Assembly (NCBI GenBank): GCA_032718475.1
Contig: JAUCBJ010001134.1
Span: 1 to 44,200 of the forward strand
DNA: 44,200 nucleotides
Direction of reading: 5' to 3'
Source: Nemertoderma westbladi
Lineage: Eukaryota > Animalia > Xenacoelomorpha
This document shows, piece after piece, positions 32,073 through 44,200 of the stretch. How positions within the stretch are numbered: position 1 is the first letter of the stretch; every line of letters starts with the position of its first letter. The notes under the pieces were generated by a model. It did no database searches, had not been told where the DNA came from, and saw only the letters and a list, made by a program, of their open reading frames with translations. A program made the position numbers and the translations under genes.

Positions 32073-35000
32073 ATGAGTCGAGAGAAAGGAACGACATCGC
32101 CGCGGACCCCGGACGACGATCTAACGATCCGCGAGGCCACGGCGAGACGATACGAACCCACGACGCCGGTCGATGATACGCCGACCACGTCGACGCAGGT
32201 TGACGCTACGTCGATAACGAGCAACACGGCGAACCAAGATGTGGGGGGTCGTCTACCAGGAGAGAGCGAGTCGAGTAGAGGAGACGAGTCGGGAGGAGAA
32301 GAGAAAGACGAGTCGACGCGGAGCGAGGGTTGGCATACCGATGTCACCGGTCAGCCACAGACCGAGGACGACGGACGGTCCACCGGAACGGCGACGGTGG
32401 GGCCGCCGGTACAACGCCGGACCCGGAGAGATGAGGGAGATGTCGGTACCGATGTCGCCGGCCAGCTACAGGCCGAGGACGACGAACGGTCCACCGGAGG
32501 GGCGACGGTGGGGCCGACGGTACGACGCCGGACACGGAGGGGTAGAGGAGATGTCGGCAACGAGAACGTCGGAGTCGGCGACCGGCTCCGACGAGCCTAC
32601 CTCGCGACCCAAGAGCGACTGAGAGAGGCCAAAGGAGGGGCGAACATAGACGAGGTGAGACTGAGGAAACGACTAGGTGAGTCGAATAGACACTTTGATT
32701 ACCTAATGCGTTTTGGGCAGAGAGAACTAGCCGAGGAGAGGGCGAGGGGAGTTGCCAACGAACTGATTGAACTATGGGAGTGTGGGAGTATGGAACCTAG
32801 CGTAGCGCCAGTGTACGTAGGGCCATACTTAGTCGATGCCCGGGGAGTAAAATTAGTGGGTTGGAAGAGACCTGAGGAGGGCGAATCCGAGGTTAACTCC
32901 GAGGATTCGGTCTCGTCGGTTGGAGGAAGTTCCGGGAGGCGGGGGAAAGTTGATAGGACGGAGGGGCGGCGGGAGTCCGTCGCAACCGATAAGTCTGCTA
33001 CATCCTCCGCGAAAGAAAGAAGGGTGCTAAAATTAAATCTGACGTATGAATTAGCGATGGTGGCGACAGAGCAGAATGAGTTAGAGAGACGATTGAGAGA
33101 GGAAACCGCATGGTTGGAGAGAGAAAGAGAGTGGGCAAGGGAGGATAGAGAGAGAGTCAAGGAGTGTAGAGAGCGGGAGATGAGAGTAGGGGACGAGCCG
33201 GCGATGTGGCTTGAGATGGTTGCGAGAGATACCGAGTTGGCCGAGCAAAGTTTACATGATTTGCGTGCCCAGCTAAGGGGGCTTGCGCAATATCAAGCCA
33301 AACTAGACCAGCGCCGACTAGAACTGGCGCGGTTGGAAATGTCAGAGAGTGAGACCCCACTTACAGACACCGGGCGAGAGAACCAGAACTGGTGTAGCCG
33401 TACGGGCGGGGGGGGTAGTAGTAGTACGTTAGAAGTAGATAATATTAATAGTACCGTTGTAAATAACCCTAATCCCTTTATTACAGGAAATAATATTTTA
33501 CCTGGTAGTAGTAATTTAAATTTAAATTCAAATAATAACATTAGTTCAAATATTCAGAATAATTCAAATAATACGAATAATAATTTAAATTTTGAAAATT
33601 CAAATAGTTCTAATTTAAATAATTTAAATCTCGTTTCAAATTCTAACAATTTAATTGATTTAATAAATAATATTGGGAATGGTGCTATTAATATGAGCGT
33701 GTCGGACGTGCATAACCCGGCAGACGGTGGCCTGGTAGGCCACGTAGTTAGTAGGCAGGAGGTGGCAGGGTTGAGCCAACCCGACGGCGGCCTGGTAGGC
33801 CACGTAGTTAGTAGGCAGGAGGTAGCGGGGTTGAGCCAACCCGAAGTAGGCCTGATGGGCCACGCAGTAGTAGAGAGAGAGGCGGGGGTGAATAGACCCA
33901 GCCGTAGTAGAGACAGTGCGTCGACTAGAGAGGGGTGTAGAGACGAAGTAAGAGATAGTGAAGTTAGATGTGGCGAGTGGGGGGGGGGGGGGGCTGCCGG
34001 CGCCCCACCACATAAGATTAGTGGCGAGAGAGGGGGGGCAAAGAATGCCCCACAAGAGGGGTATAGAAGTGTAGTAAGAAATAGTGAAGTTAGAAGTGGC
34101 GGGTGGGGGGGGGGCTACGGGCACCCCACCGCGAGAGATTAGTAGAGAGAGAGGGGGGGCAGAGAGTGTCCCACAGCCGTCAGCGGATAATGCGCGGGCC
34201 GAAGTAGGTAAACCGCAACACCCGGCGACGGAGAGTAATAGGGGGATTGCGAGTATCCCCAGCGGCGTGCGATCGAGCAGAGAGAGGCAGGTTGACGTCG
34301 TGAGAGGGCAGGCGAAGCGTCGAGCCCGATCAGAAGAGGGAAGAAGAACAGTGGAGTTTAACCGGGAGGTCGACGAGAGACCTCACGAGCCGGAATACTA
34401 CACAGAAAAGAGAAGAAGAGGAGATAGTAGAAAAGGTGTCGCCACGAACGATAGGAGTGCGAGGACGGATAACGGACCGTCGATAGTAGAGATGGAGTCA
34501 GGGAGCCAGTGGGGTCGAACTTCGGGAGATTGCCGTCGCCCCGGAGAAACGCACCGCACGCCAAGAGAGGGGTACAGGACGTACCAATACAAAGTCGAGA
34601 ACAGGAGAGGGGATCGAAGAGAAGCTTCCCGACGGGATATAGCTGCCGATCGAGAGTGCAGTAGTCGCGGGGAGATTCGAGATTCGCGAAGAATAAACTT
34701 CGGTTCGGAAGGGCACATGCAGACTGCAGGACATACTGTAGGCCTTACTGCACATACTATTATAGGCCATGCTGGGAGAGATAGAGTAGGCGATGGGGTA
34801 GCGCGAACGACGGGATTAAACCCGGAAGTCGCGGAGTACATACCGGTAGGTAGGCGAGAGGTAGGTAGGCCTATATCGGTACAGCAGCATGACTATAATA
34901 CACAGGGACATAACATATATCCAGGGGAGGGGGGAGTTATTGGAGATAGACGTATGGGCCCCAATATATTAACATCAACCCCAGTACCAAACATACCGGC

Positions 35001-35868
35001 TGGGGGGGGACAGGGTGACATTCCCCCATCACAATATCGACAATATACCCCGATAGGAGCAAGAACATCGAACTCCCTGGACGAGAGCAGGTCGTGCGGA
35101 CAGTCACCACCACACGCGGCCGTACAGGGGACTGCTAGTCCACAGTTAGGTGGTAGCAGGGCCACACCGTGGCAGGGACAGAAAGAAAATAACACCGTAA
35201 ATAAACACAATCCCAATATACCCAGTAGGCCGAGTCTAGACAACCAAAACATTAAATCGGTACATATAAACCTAAGCGCGATACGTGAAGGACTATACAG
35301 GAAACGCTATAATCCAGGATTCCAATGTCAATTACATCGGGACGGAACCCATAAGACCAGGAGTTGCAAGTACTGGCAAGCGTTGCCCAAACGAGATCGT
35401 GTAGCCTACACAGACGCAAACGGACTATGTCATCGATGTGTGGTAAAAGGACACAGATCCGGAGAGTGTTGGAAAGGGAGAGGATATGAAAGGACTAAAC
35501 CAGGGGCAGAGAAGCCCATTAGCAAACATAAGGGAGTCGGGAAAGTAGAAGGAGGCGTGTTGCATACACACGCACGGCTGACACAGTGCGAGGGGGCATT
35601 GCACGGGCAGACACCGCGTATACCGAGGGACGAGCGGGGGTCGTCGAGGGCCTTAATGCCAGCGCACATACGAAGGGGGAGGCCAGCAAAGGTAGCACCG
35701 AAGAGAGTGTGGCGAAGAGTTAGAGGACGTATAGGAGGGCAGCAGGAGAGTGCCTACCGGAAGAAGGGGCACGTGAGAGTTTTTAGTCGTCCAAAGTTTT
35801 GGACTGAGGGGGGTGGGAATGAGGGCGAGACGCCCTTCCCACGCACAAAATATAAAATAATTATTTAA
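32073..35868 (+). CDS. Gag-like protein split by one frameshift in the G-run at ~34105-34114 (ORFs 32073-34142 and 34084-35868)
   Basis: Coiled-coil region, Asn-rich tract, and BEL-type CQLHRDGTHKTRSC...R...LCHRCVVKGHRSGEC. An internal peptide repeat (SEVR.G.WGGG.A.G.PP..IS.ERGGA) continues only if the frame changes in this G-run. Confidence 0.7.
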
Positions 35869-35889
35869 TTAAATAAAATAATTAAATAA

Positions 35890-37740
35890 TAAAGTAGGTA
35901 GAAGTTAGGTAGTTAGGAGTTATTTAGGAGGTACGTCAGAGTTAGTTAGTTAGTCAGTTAGCACTGATAGTTAGTGTTAGAGTAAGAGTTAGAGAGTCTC
36001 TCTACCGTTAGAGAGTAGGAGTTAAGGGGTACGTAGTACCGTTAGAGAGTTAGTAAGAGTTAGTAGGTACGTAGTACCGTTAGAGAGTTAGTAAGAGTTA
36101 GTAGGTACGTAGTACCTAGTTAGAGTTAGAGTTAGTAGGTGCGTAGTACCTAGTTAGAGTTAGAGTTAGTAGGTACGTAGTACCTAGAGTTAGAGAGTTA
36201 GTAGGTACGTAGTACCTAGAGTTAGTTAGAGAGTCAGTAGGTACGTAGTACCTAGTTAGAGTTAGAGGGTACGTAGTACCGATAGTTAGAGAGTTAGTAG
36301 GTATGTAGTACCTAGTTAGAGAGTTAGTAGGTACGTAGTACCTAGTTAGAGTTAGAGTTAGAAGGTACGTAGTACCTAGTTAGAGTTAGAGTTAGAGGGT
36401 ACGTAGTACCGTTAGTTAGAGTTAGAGTTAGAGGGTACGTAAGTACCGCTAGTTAGTTAGAGTTAGAGGGTACGTAAGTACCGGTTAGAGAGTAAGAGTT
36501 AGAGGGTACGTAAGTACCGGCTAGAGAGTAGTAAGAGTAAGAGGGTACGTAGTACCGCTAGCTAGTAGAGAGAGCTAGAGTAGTAAGAGGGTACGTTGTA
36601 CCGCTAGCTAGTAGAGAGAGTTAGGAGTAGTAAGAGGGTACGTAGTACCGCTAGTTAGGGGTGTTAGTAGTAGCAGTAGAGGGTTGTGGGCACCGTAAGC
36701 GCCACGTAGTTAGAGTTAGTAGGGAATGCGCTGAACTTAGTGGGGCACGGGCGTGATGATGTGTTTGATGTAAGAGCAAGGTATGTTAATTAGGGTGGGT
36801 GCCGGGCACAAGAGGTGCCGGGCACAAAAAGAGTAGAGTAGTAGACGGGCACATAGGGTGCCAGGTAGTAGAGTTAGAGAGTTAGAGATAGAGTAGAGTA
36901 GTAGAGAAGGCACATAGGGTGCCAGGTAGTAGAGTTAGAGAGTTAGAGATAGAGTAGAGTAGTAGAGAAGGCACATAGGGTGCCAGGTAGTAGAGTTAGA
37001 GAGTTAGAGATAGTGTAGAGTAGTAGAGAGTGCACATAGGGTGCCAGTTAGTAGAGTTAGAAGGTGCCGGGCACAAGAGGTGCCGGGCACAAAAGGAGTT
37101 AGTAGAGTTAGAAGAGAGTTAGTAGAGTCAGTAGTAGTTCACATAATTAACGTACCCACTCTGCCGGCACTCAGAGCGTCACGTGTAGGCGATGAGACGT
37201 AAAGGGGATGTAGAGGAGTAGAGACGGGCACATAGGGTGCCAGAGAGTAGAAGAGTAGAGACGGGCACATAGGGTGCCAGGTAGTAAGTTAGAGAGGTAG
37301 TAGTGTAGTAGAGAGGGCACATAGGGTGCCAGGTAGTAGAGTAGAGCAGAGGGGGCACATAGGGTGCCAGGTAGTAGAGCTAGAGAGGTAGCTGAGTAGT
37401 GGAAGGGCACATAGGGTGCCAGATAGTAGAATGGTTGTGGGCACCGCAAGCGCCACGTAGTTAGAAGAGTGGAGTAGAGTTAGTAGAGCTAGTTAGTAGA
37501 GTTAGCAGAGCTAGTGGAGTAGAGTTAGTAGAGCTAGTTAGCAGAGTTGGTAGACTCAGAGGAGTCAAGTAGAGTTAGTAGAAGTAGAAAGTTAGTAGGA
37601 GTTAGTTAGACTTAGTAGAGAGTTAGAGTCAGTAGAAAGTTAGAGGCTCTCAGTTAGAGCTAGAAGTAGTAAGAGTTAGTAGTTAGCAGAGTTAGTTAGA
37701 TAGTTAGAGTTAGTAAGCAGTAGGTAGATAGTATGATAGC
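35890..37740 (+). repeat. C-poor low-complexity array (TAGAGT/TAGT) with repeated mini-hairpins
   Basis: About 18 GGTAC-gta-GTACC units (~36028-36650), about 9 GGCAC-atagg-GTGCC units (~36848-37420) and GTGCCGGGCAC palindromes, all in an A/G/T background. Confidence 0.9.
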
Positions 37741-38131
37741 ACAGGGGTAGCATTAGAGATTAAAGCCTTAGGGAGTGACAAGAGAGTAGAGAGTAATAGT
37801 GCGGAGTGCGAAGAGAGCGTGGGCGCAATTCACGTGTGGGGGAGGAGAAGTGAGAGGAAGAGTGTGGGACGAGGAGGTCCGGGAGTATGCGAGAATTGGA
37901 GTAGAGTGGTGAGAGTGTTGGGGAAACAAAAATTGTGTGAGAGAAGCGCACGATCGGCCCGACACGAGACGCCAGAGGGTAGTGACATGATACCCATAGG
38001 GAGCGGCCTGGAAAGCCGACTCCGAAAAAATATACCCACCCCACACCCGATGCTAGATCGGGATCCAGCGGAATTGTAGCGCACTTTAGTTGGATGCTAT
38101 CTTCTCACCGGGAAGATAGCATGGGGGGGAG

Positions 38132-38697
38132 TGTTAGCTTATCCAATTCCGCTAACACAAACCCATAGAGTGAGCCATAAAGCAATATTGGGAGCACGAG
38201 GTTGATTACCAATCAACCTCGTGTCAGCCCAGTAAACGGGGACAATAGGCCCCAAAGGAGACACACACAATAAGGGTCAGGGGTTACTCCCCTGACAAGA
38301 GAGAGAATAGCTGGGGTGAACGGGAAACACACCAGGGAAGGTGAAGGGGCGAGAAGTGGGATACTAGCCAATGGGGGGGCAAGGCATCGATTAGGTAGTA
38401 ATATGGCCAACCGTGCAGTATATTACCTGTTGGTGCTCCCCTATTCAGTCAGTTATCTCAGTCGGTCAGTACAGTCAGGTAGTACGGTGACAGTTAGGAC
38501 CGTCACCGCCGTCATCACATTACCGGTACCAGTGCAGCAGTATTCAGTGCTATCTGCTATTGTACCTATACACTATATGTTATCTCAATTTATATCCTTA
38601 ACAACAACGTCAGAACAACAACTCTTTTCATCCACACGGCGGGGACGCGTACTTAACCAATACCGGATAAACCGGGATCCTCTCGGATCCCGTCACA
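38132..38697 (+). repeat. 3' LTR
   Basis: Follows the PPT, matches the 5' LTR and is followed by the TSD ACAAA. Confidence 0.95.
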
Positions 38698-40247
38698 ACA
38701 AAAGTCATCAAAAGGAACCTAATCAATGTTTAATATTAAAGTAAAGAAAGTCTTATTTTATTACACTCGTGCAGACAGAATATAAAACAATAACTTTTTC
38801 AATATTTATACTGAAACTAAGTACCTATACTTACTACTGTACTACCTACCTAAGCACTAATTAATGTTGACATCAAGCATGCCCTTTGCCTCGTTGTTTA
38901 ATTTGTCAAAAATTGAATACCGTCCCGCGTGTAGTCTAGGGTACGGGACAGTCGTTGGTCCCCATATCATTGGCGGCTACCTACTTGATTACTGTATCTT
39001 TTCAATTACCATTTACAACACAGTTTGACCAAATTGAGTAAATTACAGACTGACTCACACTCATAGGCAGCCTACTCCTAGTCAATAAAATAATACTATA
39101 CAGCTAGCTAGAGGTCAGAGCAACTTCTTTAACTTTCTGGTTTCAGCATCTCATGGGATTGAGGGTACAGTACGCATAAAGTTTCTGTTTCAAACTATTG
39201 GAATTTGAAGTATTCTTACGCGGACCTGTAATCTTTTTAAATCAATGCCAGGAATAGATTTATCAGGGTTTTATGCTCGGGTACAACGATAAACGATAAA
39301 ATGACTTCAATAATATGGTCCGTATTATTTTAAATCCACCGAGGTCTTCCAAGGGAAATTAAGCTCTGAATCGTTTCAAAATGAGAGACATTCTCAATAA
39401 TTATTATACTCTAATAACTAATATTGTATAATTTATAGGTCGTTAACGTTACAAATACAATGTATGTATATAGGCTTGTAGTTACGGATGGCTAGGTATT
39501 TTACAATAATTACAGTAGACACCATGACACACGTTAGCCGCTGTATTTATTAATTACATTAATATAATTTCTAATATAAGTTCTAGAACACTATAAGTCT
39601 CGTCATTGCTACTTTATTTTCTATGACGTCTTTAAGCCAAGATTCCCTAAATCTTGAACTGCCTGGTTCGTGGACCAATCGCTGTGATTCGATGACGTAA
39701 TAGACCTTAACTGGCGTTTCATTGGCTGGTTTAATCTTCGAGACGTGTATTGTGAAGTAAAGACAGGCAGTTCCTCTTGGTATAGGTTTGCGGCGTGTCG
39801 GAATGCTCCATTGAACCTAAGGAAAGATTACCACAAGTAATAACAAACATATACACATAGTTGAACGCAATCTGGGAGCAACTAAATAAATATACACCTA
39901 TAAACCAATACAGACCTAAAGATGTTACAGTCATTGGTCCATATAAGAGACAGGTTTTGAACTTCGTTGGGTTCTGTGTAAAAATGTAAACACTGGACTT
40001 CCTCACAAATTATGTAATAAGGGGTTTCCCGGGGCGTAGAATCCATTTTTCCGGGTCTCGAAAGTTGATTTCGCCTAGCAGTTGCTGATTTTGGAAGAAA
40101 TGTTGCATGTCTCAAATTTGGCAGCGATTCCCTAATGTGAGACAAGAAATTCAATTGTAATTTTTTTTAATAACTAACATGAAATAACCTCATAAATATT
40201 ACGGAGAATCTTGTTTGGTTCTTACAGCCTTTATTTGAGACAAAAGA

Positions 40248-40936
40248 TCTGTAATTATTTGGCTATAGGAGCCCCTTGAAGTTGATATTGAATTTGTCTC
40301 ACGTTTGGGTCCATGTCTCAAATTAGGCAGAACTACCGGTACTACTGTAAGCCTAACCTTACTGAAATCAACAATTTTGAAGCACTGAAGTAACAGTGTG
40401 ACTTTCGTAAAGAAGTCAGATGCAATTATAATGTATGTGTATAGGGGGCCTATGGTTTCTATACTTCAGATACTTAGATACAAAGGCCTAGCCTACATTT
40501 GTCTCTTGTTATGGTTATAATTTCCTTGTCTCAAATTAGGGGAAATTCATGGAAACCGATACCATATTAAAGACAGTAGTCAAATGTAAAACTATGAAAT
40601 CTTTACCACATAAAAATAGTTTTATATAAAAATATAGCCTTTTTACTATAAAATGTCATAATTTCGAGAATCAGGTCAAAGTGGAATGCAAAAATCTCAT
40701 ATCGATTTTAAAACCTTAAAATTTATGAAAAAAAGCTTCGATTTTTGACGGGCCGCTAGAATATTATAAGTATATCCAATCCGGTTGAATTATACCTAAC
40801 GATGTACAGGAATGGTTACAGATCATTATTCGAATTAGTTTTAAGTAGGTTTCTGTAATTATTTGGCTATAGGAGCCCCTTGAAGTTGATATTGAATTTG
40901 TCTCACGTTTGGGTCCATGTCTCAAATTAGGCAGAA
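40248..40936 (+). repeat. 85-bp direct repeat (40248-40332 and 40852-40936)
   Basis: TCTGTAATTATTTGGCTATAGGAGCCCC...CTCAAATTAGGCAGAA occurs twice. The motif TGTCTCAAATT also recurs nearby. Confidence 0.9.
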
Positions 40937-40987
40937 TGACTGTAGTTATTTACTAATTATACTCATTACATGATATCTCTAAAAAAA

Positions 40988-41940
40988 GTGGAACTGGGAC
41001 TCAAGTGGAACTCATGGTGCCCGTACCGGAAGTGGAACTCCTGGTGCCCGTACCGGAAGTGGAACTCCTGGTGCCCGTACCGGATGTGGAACTCCTGGTG
41101 CCCGTACCGGAAGTGGAACTCCAGGTGCCCGAACCGGAAGTGGAACTCCTGGTGCCCGTACCGGAAGTGGAACTCCTTGTGCCCGTACCGGATGTGGAAC
41201 TCCTGGTGCCCGTACCGGAAGTGGAACTCCAGGTGCCCGAACCGGAAGTGGAACTCCTGGTGCCCGTACCGGAAGTGGAACTCCTTGTGCCCGTACCGGA
41301 AGTTGAACTCCTGGTGCCCGTACCGGAAGTGGAACTCCAGGTGCCCGAACCGGAAGTGGAACTCCTGGTGCCCGTACCGGAAGTGGAGCTCCAGGTACCC
41401 GTACCGGATGTGGAACTCCTGGTGCCCGTACCGGAAGTGGAACTCCAGGTGCCCGAACCGGAAGTGGAACTCCTGGTGCCCGTACCGGAAGTGGAACTCC
41501 TTGTGCCCGTACCGGAAGTTGAACTCCTGGTGCCCGTACCGGAAGTGGAGCTCCAGGTACCCGTACCGGAAGTGGAACTCCTGGTGCCCGTACCGGAAGT
41601 GGAACTCCTGGTGCCCGTACCGGAAGTGGAACTCCTTGTGCCCGTACCGGAAGTTGAACTCCTGGTGCCCGTACCGGAAGTGGAGCTCCAGGTACCCGTA
41701 CCGGAAGTGGAACTCCTGGTGCCCGTACCGGAAGTGGAACTCCAGGTGCCCGAACCGGAAGTGGAACTCCTGGTGCCCGTACCGGAAGTGGAACTCCTGG
41801 TACCCAAACCGGAAGTGGAACTCCTGGTACCCGTACCGGAAGTGGAACTCCTGGTGCCACTTATCTGGTATTTGTACCGAAGTGTAACTCAACTATGGTA
41901 TCAGTGCCGGAAGTGGGATTCCAGGTACCCGAACCGGAAG
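40988..41940. repeat. 27-bp minisatellite (CCGGAAGTGGAACTCCTGGTGCCCGTA), about 33 copies
   Basis: Directly visible. The 9-aa periodicity in the ORF track (PEVELLVPV) confirms the 27-bp unit. Confidence 0.97.
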
Positions 41941-42192
41941 CAGTTAATACTACCTCACAAATATACTATCATAGTACGCGGTGCCTCGGCACTTAGTACG
42001 TACTATCGTAGTACAAACATGCCTAGGCATCAGGAACTACCTTTAGTATCAACCGCCTAGGCAACTGGTACTTAGTAGCGGTAACAGTCTAGCTAGCTAG
42101 CTAATTATTTATCTTAGTCCCGTTAAAAATTTAACTGTAGGCCTAACCTGTGTTATTGACTCTCGTTTATTGTTTTGGTTACAATAACGTTC

Positions 42193-43009
42193 CACTGCAA
42201 CCTGCTCCTTCCCATAAATTGATAATTTAGCATTGAAAATTCTACCTATTCGGACCTTCATCCCATTTAGATCTTAGTATACGACATACCTGGAACTCAC
42301 GTGGTATCTGTACCGGAAGTGGAACTCACCTGGTATCTGTACCGGAAGTGGAACTTAGTATCTGTACCGGAAGTGGAACTCACCTGGTATCTGTACCGGA
42401 AGTGGAACTTACCTGGTATCTGTACCGGAAGTGGAACTTACCTGGTATCTGTACCGGAAGTGGAACTCACCTGGTATCTGTACCGGAAGTCGTAATCGAA
42501 CTCATCAACCCTGAGGAACTCCACGCAATACAACCAACTTTCGCGGCAATATTCACAGCAATCTTCTATATATTCTACTATCTTCTTATCGCCAAGCTCT
42601 ATACTAAATTCGGAGCACATTGGCCAATCAATATTCTATAACAAGAATAAAACAACAATAATTACTGTATTACTGAAAACATTATATATATCATGATATG
42701 TCCATGTATATAAATCTTTTATCAACCAGATTTAACTTATATCTCAAGTCAATGAAGAGAAAGATTAACAGTCTGTATATTTGCCGAGCAACGGAAACAC
42801 AATAAACGAGTAGGACTACTGCTCACATTATTGTTACACTACAATATCTTTATTGAACTGTTTGTTATTTGTTATTTTGTACGGATATTCTCTAAGAGTA
42901 ACTATATTTCGTTCAAGGACTGTTATAACGTATAACATTCCTTGGACGAAATAGTAGTTAGGGGCCTACTCGTACAGAATATCCGTACAAAAAGGAGCAG
43001 GTTACAGTG
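42193..43009. mobile_element. CACTA/EnSpm-like non-autonomous element (817 bp)
   Basis: TIRs CACTGCAACCTGCTCCTT (42193-42210) / AAGGAGCAGGTTACAGTG (42992-43009), 17/18 match. The 2-bp flank TC is present on both sides. Confidence 0.7.
42291..42490. repeat. 29-bp minisatellite related to the 27-bp array
   Basis: CCGGAAGTGGAACTyACCTGGTATCTGTA, about 7 copies, one of them shortened. Confidence 0.92.
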
Positions 43010-43767
43010 TCCGTGTTTTCTAACCAAAAAAAATTATACAGTATTTATATGCGACCAATTGCCCTGGAGATCACTTTTTCAATTGCGGCCAATAATGTAC
43101 GCCACTATGTGAACAATAGTTAGGATAATGGTGAAAGTGAACAAATCACGTAAAATCTAATTTGCGATCAAAAATACAGGATAAAGATTAGGACACGTAC
43201 TGAAACAAAATAGCGAAAGAGGACTGATACAAAATAAACAAGATATAGGCCTATCTGATAGGTTTTAATCAGTCATAGTTAGTTAGATACGGTGATGAAG
43301 TTAGGTTTAAATGCGCGGAATTATGTAAAAAGTAAGGTGGTACCCGATCGATAACAAATTGGGTTTATATTTGTCTCAAAATTACAGTTGTTGGCACGCG
43401 TACATAGACACAGCTGTACATAGTAAGATAAATGTAATATTAATAATTAAGATAATTAGTAAAACGTTAGGATAGTTAATAATGGTGAGAAGTTACAGTA
43501 CGAATCACGTAAAATACATGATCATACATTATTATACATAGATTCCTTTTTTTTCGGACAACTCTTCGATTCATCACTCTCAGCGTTTCAAAATTGTTTG
43601 GTTTTGGCTATAATTTTAAATATAGGTACCTAAGATGCTATTCTACTGTACATGACATATCAGAAAAATTTTATTTTTCGCTATTTAATATTAGTTAATA
43701 CTAGTTAACAATAAATAAAACTTGGTTGCGCTTAATATCCTAATGCCTTTACAGTTTTGAATGTAAT

Positions 43768-43927
43768 TGTAATGACTTTTATTATAACTGTGTAATGACT
43801 TTTATTATAACTGTGTAATGACTTTTATTATAACTGTGTAATGACTTTTATTATAACTGTGTAATGACTTTTATTATAACTGTGTAATGACTTTTATTAT
43901 AACTTTGTAATGACTTTTATTATAACT
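43768..43927. repeat. 23-bp tandem repeat, 7 copies
   Basis: TGTAATGACTTTTATTATAACTG repeated head to tail. Confidence 0.95.
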
Positions 43928-44200
43928 ATCTATGACTCATGGCCTGCCCTCATTATATACTTTGTAAAAGTCTGTATGTCGGTTTATTACCTACGCCTAT
44001 TGTGGATATACTGTTCTGCTGTACCTATCTACTGATACCGGTAATATTGTGTATTGGTCAATATTCAATACTGCAATATTATACTGTTGTGAAAGACGCC
44101 TACCTGCCAACGTTTAACATGGTGTTTTCTCAACTATTCACTATATTATATATAGAAAAGAGAAACCACAGTAATTACATGAAATGTACAGTAGAAGTCG

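Larger units (their letters stand above)
31452..38697 (+). mobile_element. Complete non-autonomous (gag-only) BEL/Pao-like LTR retrotransposon, 7246 bp
   Basis: Two 566-bp LTRs with TG...CA termini. 5-bp TSD ACAAA (31447-31451 / 38698-38702). PPT ATGGGGGGGAG (38121-38131). BEL-type gag knuckles; no protease, RT or integrase seen. Confidence 0.95.

Noticed and set aside
31306-38765. TGTAAC...TTACA as an older solo LTR hosting the young element
   Set aside because: No TSD, and the minus strand across 31306 continues as LINE RT sequence (GKLTG/IVTIDLKKAFD).
40988-41940. CRISPR-like array
   Set aside because: Head-to-tail repeats with no unique spacers, no cas genes and a eukaryotic context.
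40966-42060. Five long ORFs (268-351 aa) on both strands
   Set aside because: By-products of a 27-bp repeat that lacks stop codons in most frames. There is no unique domain.

Overview
This is eukaryotic DNA, most likely from an invertebrate animal (inferred from the gene and TE types; the species cannot be identified here), and it is dominated by transposable elements. Three conserved housekeeping or ciliary genes are present, all intact and without introns in the CDS: TMEM216-family, SLC35B4 and RPS3A. TE content: (1) the right part of a large BEL/Pao-type LTR element with an open gag-protease ORF lacking RT and integrase, a disrupted extra zinc-knuckle ORF and a 1.27-kb 3' LTR; (2) a TSD-flanked small retroelement in which a type I hammerhead ribozyme sits between tRNA-type Pol III A and B boxes, with two ribozymes 343 nt apart; (3) a hAT-like MITE inside a local tandem duplication; (4) an RTE-like LINE interrupted by an L2/CR1-group LINE and a solo LTR; (5) a complete, apparently very young gag-only BEL/Pao-like element that lacks a tRNA primer site, has a possible self-priming complementarity and carries an array of small RNA hairpins; (6) minisatellites and a CACTA-like MITE. 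The best candidates for an unusual system are items 2 and 5. All alignments and counts were made by eye; no searches or folding programs were run.
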